This document shows, one piece after another, positions 1-9,352 of a DNA stretch of 64,000 nucleotides. Each line of letters opens with the position of its first letter. Within the stretch, counting starts at the first letter, position 1. The stretch is taken from NCBI GenBank assembly GCA_963796315.1, contig CAWCLH010000019.1:256676-320675 (forward strand). Reading direction: 5' to 3'. Source of the DNA: an uncultured Actinomycetota bacterium (GTDB taxonomy: Bacteria; Actinomycetota; Thermoleophilia; RBG-16-64-13). The translations under genes and the position numbers were made by a program. The notes under the pieces were generated by a model. It was not told where the DNA came from. It saw nothing but the letters and a program-made list of their open reading frames with translations, and did not search any database.

Positions 1-273
1 TTCAACGCGGAGAAGATCCCCTGCGGGCCCATCAACACCATCCCCGAAGTCTTCGCCGACCAGCAGGTGCTCGCCCGGGGGATGCTGGTCGAGATGGCAC
101 ATCCCAAGGCCGGCAGCGTGAAGCTGGTGGGCAGCCCGCTCAAGTTGAGCGAGTCCCCGGTCCGCTACGAACGTCACCCCCCACTCCTCGGCGAGCACAC
201 CGAGGAGGTCCTCCAAGAGCTCGGCTACGACGCAGGCGCGGTAGATGCTCTGCGGCGTGGGGGGGTGGTCTAG
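1..273 (+). CDS. Class III CoA-transferase (CaiB/BaiF/Frc family), C-terminal part; 5' end lies outside the window
   Basis: Frame 1 is open from base 1 to TAG 271-273. GPINTIPEVFADQQVLARGMLVEMAHPKAGSVKLVGSPLKLSESP is the conserved C-terminal region of family III CoA-transferases. Confidence 0.75.
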   Translation, partial: FNAEKIPCGPINTIPEVFADQQVLARGMLVEMAHPKAGSVKLVGSPLKLSESPVRYERHPPLLGEHTEEVLQELGYDAGAVDALRRGGVV

Positions 274-366
274 GGGGGAGCACCGACCGAGCGTCTTGAG
301 TAGTGGCCCGGCGCCGAGGGTGGCCGGGCGGACAAGGGGACCCGAGGGGTCCCAAGGAGGAGAAGG

Positions 367-1596
367 ATGGATTTCAGGTACTCGACCGAGCAGGACCTCT
401 TCCGCCAGGGTCTGCGGGAGTGGTGCACGAAGAACCTCGAGCCGCGCGCCCGCGACATCGACCAGGCGGAAGCCGGCATCCCCGACGACATCGTCCAGGG
501 TCTGGTGGACCTGGGTGTCTTCGGCGTGACCATCCCCGAGGAGTACGGCGGCTGCGCCGTCCCCGGAGAAGAGCTCATCTACGGCATGATCGCCATCCAG
601 GAGATCGCCCGCGCCGACCTCTCCATGTCCACCCCGGTGTACACGCTGCTCACCATCGGCTGGTCGTACCTGGTCAACAAGTTCGGCACCGAGCAGCTCA
701 AGAAGGAAGTCCTGACCGCCTCCGCCGCGGGCAAGGCCTTCGTGGGCATCAACACCACCGAGCCCGGCGGCGGCTCCGACCTGGCCAAGATCAAGACCAC
801 GGCCGTCAAGAAGGACGGCAACTACGTGATCAACGGCGAGAAGGCCTACGTCTCCGGTCCGAAGGAATGCGCCAAGCTCGGCGCCCCCTCCGGTCACTGC
901 TCGCTGGTGGTCACCGACCCCAGCACCGGTCACAAGGGTCTGACCTTCCTCTACATCCCCGCCCACCTGGACGGCATCAGCTACACCGTCTACGAGGACA
1001 TGGGCCGGATGGGTCTCTCCACCGGCGGCTGGGTGTACAAGGACGCGGCCATCCCCGAGTACTGCCTGCTGGGTGAGGAAGGCAAGGGCTTCTACCACGT
1101 GATGGAAGGCTTCAACGCCGCCCGCGTGCTCGTGGCCGCCGCCTGCCTCGGTGGTGCCGAGAAGGCCATCGAGATCAGCGCCGAGTACAACCAGCAGCGC
1201 ATGACCTTCGGCCGCCCGCTCATCAAGTACGAGGGCATCTCCTTCGAGATGGTCAACGACTGGATGCAGCTGGACATGCTCAAGCTGAACCTGCAGCGGG
1301 GCGCCTGGATGATCGGCTACGAAGGCCTGAATCCCGGCACCTTCTCGCGCAAGGACATCAACAAGGTCATCGCCACGGTGAAGTGCCTCTCGCCGACCCT
1401 GGGCCACGAGACCGCCCGCCACGGCATGATGTACCACGGCGCCTTCGGCTACACGAAGGACACGCCCCTCGAGATGCTGCTCCGCGGCGTCATGTCCTAC
1501 GAAGTGGGAGCCGAGGGCGGCCTCAACGTCATGCGCGGCATCATCGCCCGCGACCTGTGGGGCGAAGCCGCCAACCCGTTCAAGGCCGACGAGTAG
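367..1596 (+). CDS. Acyl-CoA dehydrogenase (CaiA-like position in a cai/fix-type module)
   Basis: Intact 409-aa ORF with RBS AAGGAGGAG upstream. ACAD-type motifs: GINTTEPGGGSDL, YNQQRMTFGRPL, GAFGYTKDTPLEMLLRG. Confidence 0.9.
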   Translation: MDFRYSTEQDLFRQGLREWCTKNLEPRARDIDQAEAGIPDDIVQGLVDLGVFGVTIPEEYGGCAVPGEELIYGMIAIQEIARADLSMSTPVYTLLTIGWSYLVNKFGTEQLKKEVLTASAAGKAFVGINTTEPGGGSDLAKIKTTAVKKDGNYVINGEKAYVSGPKECAKLGAPSGHCSLVVTDPSTGHKGLTFLYIPAHLDGISYTVYEDMGRMGLSTGGWVYKDAAIPEYCLLGEEGKGFYHVMEGFNAARVLVAAACLGGAEKAIEISAEYNQQRMTFGRPLIKYEGISFEMVNDWMQLDMLKLNLQRGAWMIGYEGLNPGTFSRKDINKVIATVKCLSPTLGHETARHGMMYHGAFGYTKDTPLEMLLRGVMSYEVGAEGGLNVMRGIIARDLWGEAANPFKADE

Positions 1597-1679
1597 TCGT
1601 CGTCTGACCTAACGAAGCGGAATCCCGGGACGCCGGCGCCGCCCGCGAGGGCGGCGCCGGCCGGACGGGGGAAGGAAGC

Positions 1680-2966
1680 ATGGAGAGAGTCGATTGCATC
1701 ATCGTCGGGGGCGGCTTGGCCGGTCTCTCGGCTGCCTACGGCCTGGCCGGCCAGGGGCTCGAGGTCATGGTGCTGGAGCGGGGCAACTACTCCGGGGCGA
1801 AGAACGTCACCGGCGGCCGCCTCTACACCAGCGCCATCCGCGACCTGTACCCGGAGCTCTGGAGCGAAGCCCCCTTCGAGCGAGCGGTCTCTCGCGAGCT
1901 GCTGACCTTCATGGGGGACGACGCCTTCACCACGGTCGAGCTGGCCTCGGGCAAGTTCGCCGCGGAGAAGCAGTCCTCCACGGTGCTGCGGGCGAAGCTG
2001 GACCAGTGGCTGATGGAGCGGGCCATGGAGCAGGGTGCCATGGTCATCCCCAACATGAAGGTGGACGAGCTGCTGCGGGACGGGGAGAAGGTGATCGGCA
2101 TCCGCGCCGGCGACGACGAGATCGGCGCCGACGTGGTCATCATCGCCGAAGGAGTCCTCGGCCTGCTCTCCTCGGCCGCCGGCCTGCGCACCGAGCCGGT
2201 CCCCGCCGACCACGCCCTGGGCTTCAAGGAGATCATCGAGCTGCCGCCGGCCACCATCCAGGACCGTTGGCATCTCAACGACGGCGAGGGTGCCGCCCAG
2301 CTCTTCGTCGGCTCGGTGACCAAGGGCATGTTGGGGGGAGGGTTCCTCTACACCAACCAGGACTCGATCTCGCTGGGCATCGTGGTGGGGATGGAGGACC
2401 TGCGCCGCAATCCGGAGCAGGTGAAGTCCTACACCTTGCTGGACGAGTTCAAAGAGCTGCCCCAGATCCAGCCGCTGCTGGCGGGGGGTACGACGGTGGA
2501 GTACTCGGCCCACGCCATCCCCGAAGGCGGCTACGCCAAGGTGCCCAAGCTGGTGGGTGACGGCTACCTGCTGGCGGGGGACGCGGCCGGCCTGGCGCTC
2601 AACGCGCTCTATACGGTGCGCGGCATGGACTTCGCCATCGCCTCCGGCTACTACGCCGCCCGCGCGGTGGGCGAGGCCAAGGCCGCGGGCGACCTGTCGG
2701 CCGCCGGCCTGTCCCGCTACGACGCCGCGCTTCGTTCGAGCTTCGTGCTCAAGGATCTGGAGACGGCGCGCGAGATCCCGCACCTCATCGAGAACCCGCG
2801 GTTCTTCTCGCACTACCCCAAGGCGATCTCCCGCCTGATGGAGCAGGTCTTCACCGTCGGCCCCGGGCCGCAGCCCAAGGTCTCCTCGGTGGTCATGAGG
2901 AACGTCCGCAAGGACTTCCTGAACCTGACCACCATCAAGGAGATCCTGAACCTGCGGAAGATGTAG
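1680..2966 (+). CDS. fixC: FixC-type FAD-dependent oxidoreductase (ETF-quinone oxidoreductase-like)
   Basis: Intact 428 aa. N-terminal FAD fold VDCIIVGGGLAGLSAAYGLA. It is immediately followed by a FixX-like ferredoxin and etfBA. Confidence 0.85.
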   Translation: MERVDCIIVGGGLAGLSAAYGLAGQGLEVMVLERGNYSGAKNVTGGRLYTSAIRDLYPELWSEAPFERAVSRELLTFMGDDAFTTVELASGKFAAEKQSSTVLRAKLDQWLMERAMEQGAMVIPNMKVDELLRDGEKVIGIRAGDDEIGADVVIIAEGVLGLLSSAAGLRTEPVPADHALGFKEIIELPPATIQDRWHLNDGEGAAQLFVGSVTKGMLGGGFLYTNQDSISLGIVVGMEDLRRNPEQVKSYTLLDEFKELPQIQPLLAGGTTVEYSAHAIPEGGYAKVPKLVGDGYLLAGDAAGLALNALYTVRGMDFAIASGYYAARAVGEAKAAGDLSAAGLSRYDAALRSSFVLKDLETAREIPHLIENPRFFSHYPKAISRLMEQVFTVGPGPQPKVSSVVMRNVRKDFLNLTTIKEILNLRKM

Positions 2967-2978
2967 AGAGGAGCGGGC

Positions 2979-3254
2979 ATGAACATCGAGGCGAAGCTGG
3001 GGCTCGACGCCTTCAAGCTCGACAAGGAACGCCACATCGTCATCGACAACGAGGTCTGCCGCAACGTCTGTTCGTTGAAGGCCTGTCTCTGGGTCTGCCC
3101 GGCCGACCTCTACAGCGTGGACGACCAGGGCGACCACATCGTCAACTGGGAAGGGTGCCTGGAGTGCGGCACCTGCATGATCTCGTGCGACCACCGCGCT
3201 CTGAGCTGGCAGTACCCGCGCGGTGAGTTCGGCGTCCAGTACCGGATGGGTTAG
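2979..3254 (+). CDS. fixX: FixX-type ferredoxin-like protein
   Basis: 91 aa. Cys pattern CRNVCSLKACLWVCP ... CLECGTCMISC is typical of FixX, and the gene sits 12 nt after fixC. Confidence 0.8.
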   Translation: MNIEAKLGLDAFKLDKERHIVIDNEVCRNVCSLKACLWVCPADLYSVDDQGDHIVNWEGCLECGTCMISCDHRALSWQYPRGEFGVQYRMG

Positions 3255-3302
3255 ACGGCGCCGGTCAACGGGCGCCCTACGGAAGGCAGAGGGAGGACGA
3301 GC

Positions 3303-4082
3303 GTGGATATCGTCGTGTGCGTCAAGACGAACCCGGACCTGCAGATGGTGCGGTTCCGGAACCGGGAGCCGGTGTTGGAAGCGGTCCCCTACAAGGTGGG
3401 CGACCTGGAGAAGAACGCCCTGGAAGCGGCCGTGCAGCTGCGGGACGCGGTGGGCGGCAAGGTCATCGCCCTGACCGTGGCCGAGGGGAACCGCAAGGTC
3501 AAGGAGACCATGAAGGAGGCGCTGGCCATCGGCGCCGACGAGGCCGTCGTGGTGGACGACCCGGCCTTGCAGACGGCCGACCAGGCCGCCGTGGCGCAGG
3601 CGCTGGCCAAGGCCGTGGAGAAGATCGGCTCCTGCGACCTGCTGCTCTTCGGCGAGGGCTCCACCGACGGGTACTCCGGCCAGGTGGGCTCGCGCACGGC
3701 GGAGCTCCTGGGCGTGCCGCAGATCGGCTACGCTCGCAAGATCACCGCCACTGACGGCGGGCTGCAGGTGGAGCGGAGCATGGAGGACACCATCGAGACG
3801 CTGGCCGCGCCCTTCCCGGTCGCGGTGACCGTGGTCAGCGAGATCAACGAGCCGCGCATCCCCTCCCTGATGAACATCATGAAGGCGGGCAAGAAGCCGC
3901 TGCAGGAATGGTCCCTGGCCGACCTGGGCCTGGATGCCGCCGCCCTCGCGCCCACGCGCACCATCCTCTCCAATCTGACCGAGGAGCAGGATCGCAAGCA
4001 CATCATGCTGGACGGCGACGCGGCGGCGGCGGCCGACGCGCTGGTCAACGCCCTGGTCAAAGAAGGGGTGGTGGGGAGGTAG
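3303..4082 (+). CDS. etfB: Electron transfer flavoprotein beta subunit (FixA/EtfB)
   Basis: GTG start. MDIVVCVKTNPD N-terminus and LLLFGEGSTDGYSGQVG motif; intact 259 aa. Confidence 0.88.
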   Translation: MDIVVCVKTNPDLQMVRFRNREPVLEAVPYKVGDLEKNALEAAVQLRDAVGGKVIALTVAEGNRKVKETMKEALAIGADEAVVVDDPALQTADQAAVAQALAKAVEKIGSCDLLLFGEGSTDGYSGQVGSRTAELLGVPQIGYARKITATDGGLQVERSMEDTIETLAAPFPVAVTVVSEINEPRIPSLMNIMKAGKKPLQEWSLADLGLDAAALAPTRTILSNLTEEQDRKHIMLDGDAAAAADALVNALVKEGVVGR

Positions 4083-4084
4083 CC

Positions 4085-5032
4085 ATGGCCGATCTGCTCG
4101 TCTACTCAGAGAAGCGCGAGACCGCCCTCGAGCTGGTCTCCGCCGGCCAGGACCTGGCTTCCAGCCTGGGCCTGAGCCTTTCCGCCGCCGCCTTGGGCCC
4201 CGACGCGGCGGCCATCGCCTCCGACCTGGCCGCCCAGGGTGCCGCGAGGGTGTTCGTGTCCGAGGACGCCGCCCTGACCGGTCTGCCCACGGACGTGGTG
4301 GCCGATGCGGTGGCCCAGATCGCCCAGCAGGCCGGCGCCACCGTCGTCCTGGTGGGGTCCACGCGGCGGGGCAAGGAGTTGGCGCCCCGCGTGGCTCAGA
4401 AGCTCGGCGCCGGGTGCGTCACCGACGTCAATGCCCTGGCGGTCGAGGACGGCCGGCTGGTCGCTTCCCGCTACGCCTTCGGCGGCAACACCGTGGCCCG
4501 GGAGACGGTGGACACCGGCTCGCAGGTGCTGGCGGTCATGCCCAAGACCTTCGAGGTGGGCGCCCCCGCCGGCGGGGGCGAGGTGGTCCAGGCCTCGCTC
4601 AGCCTGACGCCGTCCAAGGTCTCGGTCGTCGACCGGCGCCCGAAGGAGGGCGAGTCGGTCAACCTGGAGGATGCCCTGACGCTGGTGGGCATCGGCCGGG
4701 GCATCGCCAAGCGCGAGGACGTGTCCTTGGGCGAGCAGCTGGCCGCCGCCCTGGGCGCCGAGCTCGCCTGCACCAAAGGCCTGGCCGACTTCGGCTGGCT
4801 GGCGGAGGAGCGCATCGTGGGCCTCTCCGGCGCCAAGACGAAACCGGACCTCTACCTCGCCCTGGGCATCTCCGGGCAGATCCAGCATACGGTGGGCATC
4901 AGCTCGTCCAAGGTGATCGCCGCGGTCAACAAGGACAAGGAAGCCCCCATCTTCCAGCTGGCCGACTACGGCATCGTGGGCGACATCTACGACGTGGTGC
5001 CCGCGCTGATCGAGCGGTTGAAGGCGCTCTAG
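4085..5032 (+). CDS. etfA: Electron transfer flavoprotein alpha subunit (FixB/EtfA)
   Basis: ATG at 4085, internal to the listed ORF 3908-5032, 3 nt after the etfB stop. C-terminal FAD motif LALGISGQIQHTVGISSSKVIAAVNKDKEAPIFQLADYGIVGD. Confidence 0.88.
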   Translation: MADLLVYSEKRETALELVSAGQDLASSLGLSLSAAALGPDAAAIASDLAAQGAARVFVSEDAALTGLPTDVVADAVAQIAQQAGATVVLVGSTRRGKELAPRVAQKLGAGCVTDVNALAVEDGRLVASRYAFGGNTVARETVDTGSQVLAVMPKTFEVGAPAGGGEVVQASLSLTPSKVSVVDRRPKEGESVNLEDALTLVGIGRGIAKREDVSLGEQLAAALGAELACTKGLADFGWLAEERIVGLSGAKTKPDLYLALGISGQIQHTVGISSSKVIAAVNKDKEAPIFQLADYGIVGDIYDVVPALIERLKAL

Positions 5033-5047
5033 CGCCACCCGAGCTCT

Positions 5048-5164
5048 GGCGCGACCGGCCGGCGACGCCGGCCGGTCGCGCCCCGAGTCCCCTCCGGCGG
5101 TGAGAGACGGCGCCGCCGGAGGCCCCACGGAGCGGGGCCGCTCAGCGGCCCCGCTCCCCCTTTT
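5048..5164 (+). terminator. Three GC-rich hairpins between convergent etfA and tatC; the last is followed by a T tract
   Basis: Perfect inverted repeats 5048-5063/5067-5082, 5091-5100/5113-5122 and 5129-5141/5145-5157, followed by TTTT at 5161-5164. Confidence 0.6.
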
Positions 5165-5196
5165 GTATCATCCCGGACCGCGATCGGCGGACGGCC

Positions 5197-5958
5197 TTAC
5201 GAGATGGTCGCCGCCGCCTCGCGCCGCGCCCTTCGGCGTTCCTGCAGGCGCGTCAACACGATGCTGAACTCGTAGAGGAAGAGCAGGGGAGCCATCATCA
5301 GCAGCATGCTGACCGGGTCCTGGCTGGGGGTCAGCACCATGGAGACGACCGCGATGACCACCACGGCCACCCGGCGCTGCTTGCGGAGCAGGCGGCTGTT
5401 GATGATGCCCAGACCGCCCAGCAGCAGCATGACGATGGGCAGCTCGAAGGTCGCGCCGAAGGCCAGCAGGAAGAGCGACACGAAGCTCACGTACTCGCCG
5501 GCGCGCAGCTGCTGCAGGAAGATGTCGCCCCCGTACCCCACCAGGAAGCGCAGGCCCACGGGCAGCACCAGGAAGTAGCCGAACACGACGCCCCCCAGGA
5601 ACAGGCCGGTCGTCAGGGCCGCGTACGGCAGGACCATCTTCTTCTCCCGCTCGTAGAGGGCGGGCATGATGTACGCCCAGAACTCCCAGAGTATGACGGG
5701 CAGGGCCAGCAGGAAGCCGGCGTAGACCGAGACCTTGACCACCGTCATGAACGGCTCCGACGGGCTGAGCGTGATCAACTGCGTCGTGATGCCCGAACTG
5801 GTCAGCGGACGCTTGATCAGCGCGAAGACGAAGTCCTGGGCGATGAAGGCGGCCACCACGCCCACCACGAGCGCCGCCACCGAGATCAGGATCCGCCTGC
5901 GCAGCTCGTCCAGGTGCTCGATGACGCTCATTCCCTGCTGCTCATCCACCGGCGCCAT
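5197..5958 (-). CDS. tatC: Twin-arginine translocase subunit TatC
   Basis: Intact 253 aa. MSVIEHLDELRRRIL N-terminal signature and six hydrophobic segments. An alternative start at 5931 is possible. Confidence 0.9.
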   Translation of the reverse strand: MAPVDEQQGMSVIEHLDELRRRILISVAALVVGVVAAFIAQDFVFALIKRPLTSSGITTQLITLSPSEPFMTVVKVSVYAGFLLALPVILWEFWAYIMPALYEREKKMVLPYAALTTGLFLGGVVFGYFLVLPVGLRFLVGYGGDIFLQQLRAGEYVSFVSLFLLAFGATFELPIVMLLLGGLGIINSRLLRKQRRVAVVVIAVVSMVLTPSQDPVSMLLMMAPLLFLYEFSIVLTRLQERRRARREAAATIS

Positions 5959-6232
5959 CGTCCTTCTCCGTCTGCGTCAGCTCGTCCGTCGCTTCCTCCC
6001 TGGCTCGAAGGGGGAGGGCGGGCACCGCCCCGGTGGGCGTGGCCCGGTCCGGCTCGGCGGGTCCGCGGTCGCGTCGCTCGCCTCGCACCGGCTCCCCCAG
6101 GTCCTTCAACAGCGCCGCGAACAGCTCCCGCACGTGTCCGGTCAGCTGCCCGGCCTGACGCGCGAGCTCCGGCAACCGTTCCGGTCCCAGCACCAGGAAG
6201 ACGACCAAGGCCAGCAGCGCGAGTTCGGCCAC
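5942..6232 (-). CDS. tatA: Twin-arginine translocase subunit TatA/TatB family
   Basis: 96 aa. LALVVFLVLGPERLPELARQAG hinge motif. Overlaps the tatC start by 17 nt. Confidence 0.8.
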   Translation of the reverse strand: MAELALLALVVFLVLGPERLPELARQAGQLTGHVRELFAALLKDLGEPVRGERRDRGPAEPDRATPTGAVPALPLRAREEATDELTQTEKDDGAGG

Positions 6233-6423
6233 ACCGAGCAGGGACTCCTCCGTCCTTCGGGCATGCGAGCACCAGTATAGGTCACGAACGGAGGGCCGCC
6301 TATACCGAGTAAGGCGAATGGTATGGTTTGCAGCGCTTCCTCTCGCGTTCAGAGGGCTCGGGTCCGGCCGGCCGAGGGGCGGTCCGACCTCCGACCAGGG
6401 GCTCGGGAAGGCTGTGAAATCCG

Positions 6424-6453
6424 TTGCAAATCACGGCATCGAGATGGTATGGT
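6424..6453 (+). promoter_or_regulatory. Putative sigma-70-type promoter of the nuo operon
   Basis: TTGCAA (6424-6429), an 18-nt spacer, then TGgTATGGT (extended -10, 6445-6453), about 55 nt upstream of nuoA. The string ATGGTATGGT also occurs at about 6318-6327. Confidence 0.3.
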
Positions 6454-6460
6454 GGGCCGG

Positions 6461-6476
6461 GTGTGAGACTTCACAC
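6461..6476. promoter_or_regulatory. Palindrome GTGTGAgactTCACAC between the putative promoter and nuoA (candidate operator)
   Basis: Perfect 6-bp arms GTGTGA/TCACAC around 4 nt, read directly. The half-sites resemble TGTGA/TCACA boxes but the spacing is atypical. Confidence 0.25.
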
Positions 6477-6506
6477 AAAGTCGAGTCGAGGGAATGAGGT
6501 GGGCTT

Positions 6507-6875
6507 GTGATCAACCCGACCGTTGACGTTCTGATCCAGCTTGGGCTCATGCTCGTCGTCGGTGCCGTCGTCGGCGTCGCGCTGATCACCATCGCGCACC
6601 TCTTCGCCCCCGGGAGCACCAACCCCAACAAGGGGCTGCCCTACGAGTGCGGGGTCGTGCCCCTGCAGGACGTGCGGATGCCCCTGAACGTCCACTACTA
6701 CCTGGTGGCCGTCCTGTTCGTCCTCTTCGATCTGGAAGCCGTCTTCATGTATCCCTGGGCCATCAACCTCCGCCGGCTGGGCGGTCTGGGTCTCTGGGAG
6801 ATGCTCGTCTTCATCGCCATCTTGTTGGTCGGTTACGTCTACGCCTGGAGGAAGGGAGTGCTCGAGTGGGAGTAG
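6507..6875 (+). CDS. nuoA: NADH-quinone oxidoreductase subunit A
   Basis: GTG start, 122 aa, three TM segments. PYECG and [16 protein letters not shown] motifs. Confidence 0.9.
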   Translation: MINPTVDVLIQLGLMLVVGAVVGVALITIAHLFAPGSTNPNKGLPYECGVVPLQDVRMPLNVHYYLVAVLFVLFDLEAVFMYPWAINLRRLGGLGLWEMLVFIAILLVGYVYAWRKGVLEWE

Positions 6876-7474
6876 CGATACCGGAGTCCGCCGCCCGCGC
6901 GGCTGAGGCGGAGAACGCCCTCCGGCAGGCCTCCGACGCCGAGGTCCGCCGGGCAGTCGCCGGGGAAGAGGACCACGTGCCCGGCGTCGCCATCCCCGCC
7001 ATGTTGGAGAAGCTCCTCGGCTTCGGTCGCAGCTTCTCCTGGTGGCCTCTCCTGTTCGGTCTGTCCTGCTGCGCCATCGAGATGATGGCGACGGCCGGTC
7101 CTCGGTACGACCTCGCCCGCTTCGGCATGGAGGCGATGCGCGCCTCTCCCCGTCAGGCCGACGGCATGATCGTCGCCGGCTGGTGCACGACGAAGATGGC
7201 GCCCCGGGTCGTGCGCCTCTACGAACAGATCCCCGACCCCAAGTGGGTCCTCGCCATGGGTTCCTGCGCCATCTCCGGCAACATCTGGGACACGTACAGC
7301 GTCGTGCAGGGGGTCGACAGCCTGATCCCGGTCGATGTCTACGTGCCCGGGTGCCCGCCCCGCCCCGAGGCCCTCTGGCAGGGTCTCGAGATGATCCGGG
7401 ACCGCATCAAGCAGAGCCGCCACGCGTACGACGGCCTGCGGCAGATCCCGGCACGGGTGGCGATCGGCGAGTAG
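6866..7474 (+). CDS. nuoB: NADH-quinone oxidoreductase subunit B
   Basis: N2-cluster cysteines [15 protein letters not shown] and GCPPRPE. The start is uncertain: GTG 6866 overlaps the nuoA end, and ATG 7001 is the alternative. Confidence 0.85.
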   Translation: MGVAIPESAARAAEAENALRQASDAEVRRAVAGEEDHVPGVAIPAMLEKLLGFGRSFSWWPLLFGLSCCAIEMMATAGPRYDLARFGMEAMRASPRQADGMIVAGWCTTKMAPRVVRLYEQIPDPKWVLAMGSCAISGNIWDTYSVVQGVDSLIPVDVYVPGCPPRPEALWQGLEMIRDRIKQSRHAYDGLRQIPARVAIGE

Positions 7475-7529
7475 CGCGACGGCGCGGTCGCACGGCCGCG
7501 AGGAGAGCTCCAGGGGAGAAGGGACCGCG

Positions 7530-8081
7530 ATGGAACAGATGACAGAAGGCACTGCCCAGGAGCAGCAGGCCCAGGAGGTCTCGCCGGCGCTCCAGAAGGT
7601 GTTTGCGAAGCTGGAAGAGAAGTTCGGCGTGAAGCTGCTCGAGTCCACGGTGTTCCGGGGCGAGCTGACGTTCGTCGTGGCCCTGGAGGACTGGATCGAG
7701 GTGCTGGACTTCTGCCGGACCGACCCGGCTCTGGCCTTCGACCGGCTCGACTGCCTGGTGGGCAACCACTTCCCCAAGCGGGCCGAAGCCCCCTTCGAAC
7801 TGGTCGCCCACCTGACGAACGTGACCACCGCCACGCGGCTGCGCATCAAGACGCGGACGGCCGAGGGGCAGACGCCCCCGACCGCCAGCGGGGTGTGGCC
7901 CTCGGCGAACTGGGACGAGCGCGAGATCTACGAGATGTTCGGCATCGTGTTCGAGGGTCATCCCGACCTGCGGCGGCTGCTCACCCTGCCGGACTTCGAC
8001 GGCTTCCCCCTGCGCAAGGACTTCCCGGTCCAGGGCAGGATCGGCGGGCGGATCAGGACGGACCTGAAAGGACAGCTGTAG
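7530..8081 (+). CDS. nuoC: NADH-quinone oxidoreductase subunit C
   Basis: Intact 183 aa. WDEREIYEMFGIVFEGHPDLRRLL motif. Confidence 0.9.
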   Translation: MEQMTEGTAQEQQAQEVSPALQKVFAKLEEKFGVKLLESTVFRGELTFVVALEDWIEVLDFCRTDPALAFDRLDCLVGNHFPKRAEAPFELVAHLTNVTTATRLRIKTRTAEGQTPPTASGVWPSANWDEREIYEMFGIVFEGHPDLRRLLTLPDFDGFPLRKDFPVQGRIGGRIRTDLKGQL

Positions 8082-9352
8082 ATGGGCGGACACGGAGAGG
8101 AGCACCCGGTCGCAGAGAAGCCCCGGCCCACGCTCGAAGAGCTCCACGCGCGCAAGGAGCGGACCCGCCAGCGCGTCTTGGGCGACCGGGAGACGATCAC
8201 CGTCAGCATGGGCCCGCAACACCCCTCGATGCACGGGGTCTTCCAGGCGGTGCTGGAGCTGGACGGTGAGATCGTCGTCAAGACCACCCCGTACATCGGC
8301 AATCTCCATCGCGGCGTCGAGAAGATGGCCGAGGACCTCACCTACCACCAGGTGATCCCGCTCACCGACCGCCTGGACTACATCTCGAGCTTCGCCATGA
8401 ACCACGCCTACTGCGAGGCCGTGGAGAAGCTGATGGGCGTCGAGGTCCCGCGGCGGGCCCGCTACATCCGGACCATCGGCGATGAGCTCTGCCGCCTCTC
8501 CAACCACCTGCTGTGGCTGGGCGTCCACATCATGGACTTCGGGGCGACCACCTTCTACGAGATCTGCTTCCGCGACCGGGAGTACATCCTGGACCTCTGG
8601 GAGATGCTCTGCGGCGCCCGGCTGACCCACTCCTACGCGCGCCTCGGCGGCGTGGCCAAGGACCTGCCCGACGGCTGGGTGGAGAAGTGCCGCACGGTCA
8701 TCGAGTTCCTGCCGCGGCGCCTGGCCGAGTACCAGCGCCTGATCGAGAAGAACCGCATCTTCCTCAAGCGGGCGGTCGGCATCGGCATCTTCCCGGCCGA
8801 CGAGTGCATACGCGTGGCGGATCACCGGTCCGGCCCTGCGCTCGGCGGGGGTGGCCCGGGATCTTCGCAAGGACGAGCCCTTCGCCGCCTACGACGAGAT
8901 CGACTTCGACGTGATCGTGGAGTACGACGCCGACGTCTACGCGCGGTACCTCGTGCGGATGAGGGAGATGTACGAGTCCTGCAAGATCGTCCTGCAGGCT
9001 CTGGACCAGCTGCCCGCCGGCGACTACATCGCGAAGGACGCGGCCCACGTCATCCCCCGCAAGGAGCACGTGCTGCGCGACGCCGCCGCCATGGTCCAGG
9101 ACTTCGTGCAGGTGTTCCGCGGACCGCAGGCGCCCCAGGGCGAGGTCTACAAGGCCATCGAGGTGCCCAAGGGCGAGATGGGCGTCTACATCGTGTCCGA
9201 CGGCGGTCCTAAGCCGCAGCGGATGCGGCTCGACCACCCCCACCTTCTACCATGCCCAGGCGGTCCCGGCCCTCTTCGAGGGCGAGATGATCGCCGACGT
9301 GGTCGGCATCTTCGGCAGTGTCGACATCGTACTGGGAGACAGCGACCGATGA
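8082..9352 (+). pseudogene. nuoD: NADH-quinone oxidoreductase subunit D; two +1 frameshifts as sequenced
   Basis: GPQHPSMHGVFQAVLELDGEIV and HRGVEK motifs. The frame must switch near 8809 (DECI|AWRITGPALRSAGVARDLRKDEP) and near 9235 (QRMRL|TPTFYHAQAVPALFEGEMIADVVGIFGSVDIVLGDSDR*). TGA 9350-9352 overlaps the nuoH ATG. Confidence 0.85.

Noticed and set aside
1497-4001. 834-aa minus-strand ORF, the longest in this part of the track
   Set aside because: It is antisense to acd, fixC, fixX and etfB, all of which have clear family motifs. Its translation is Arg/Gly/His/Leu/Ala-rich low-complexity sequence, typical of shadow ORFs in high-GC DNA. The same reasoning applies to 13637-14767(-), 23650-25206(-), 24876-27266(-), 27974-29188(-), 7407-8870(-) and similar entries.
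6461-6476. Calling the GTGTGA-N4-TCACAC palindrome a Rex (or CRP/FNR-type) operator upstream of nuoA
   Set aside because: The half-sites fit TGTGA/TCACA. However, the named operators I know use a 6-nt spacer between the pentamers, and this one has 4. I keep it only as an unnamed candidate operator.
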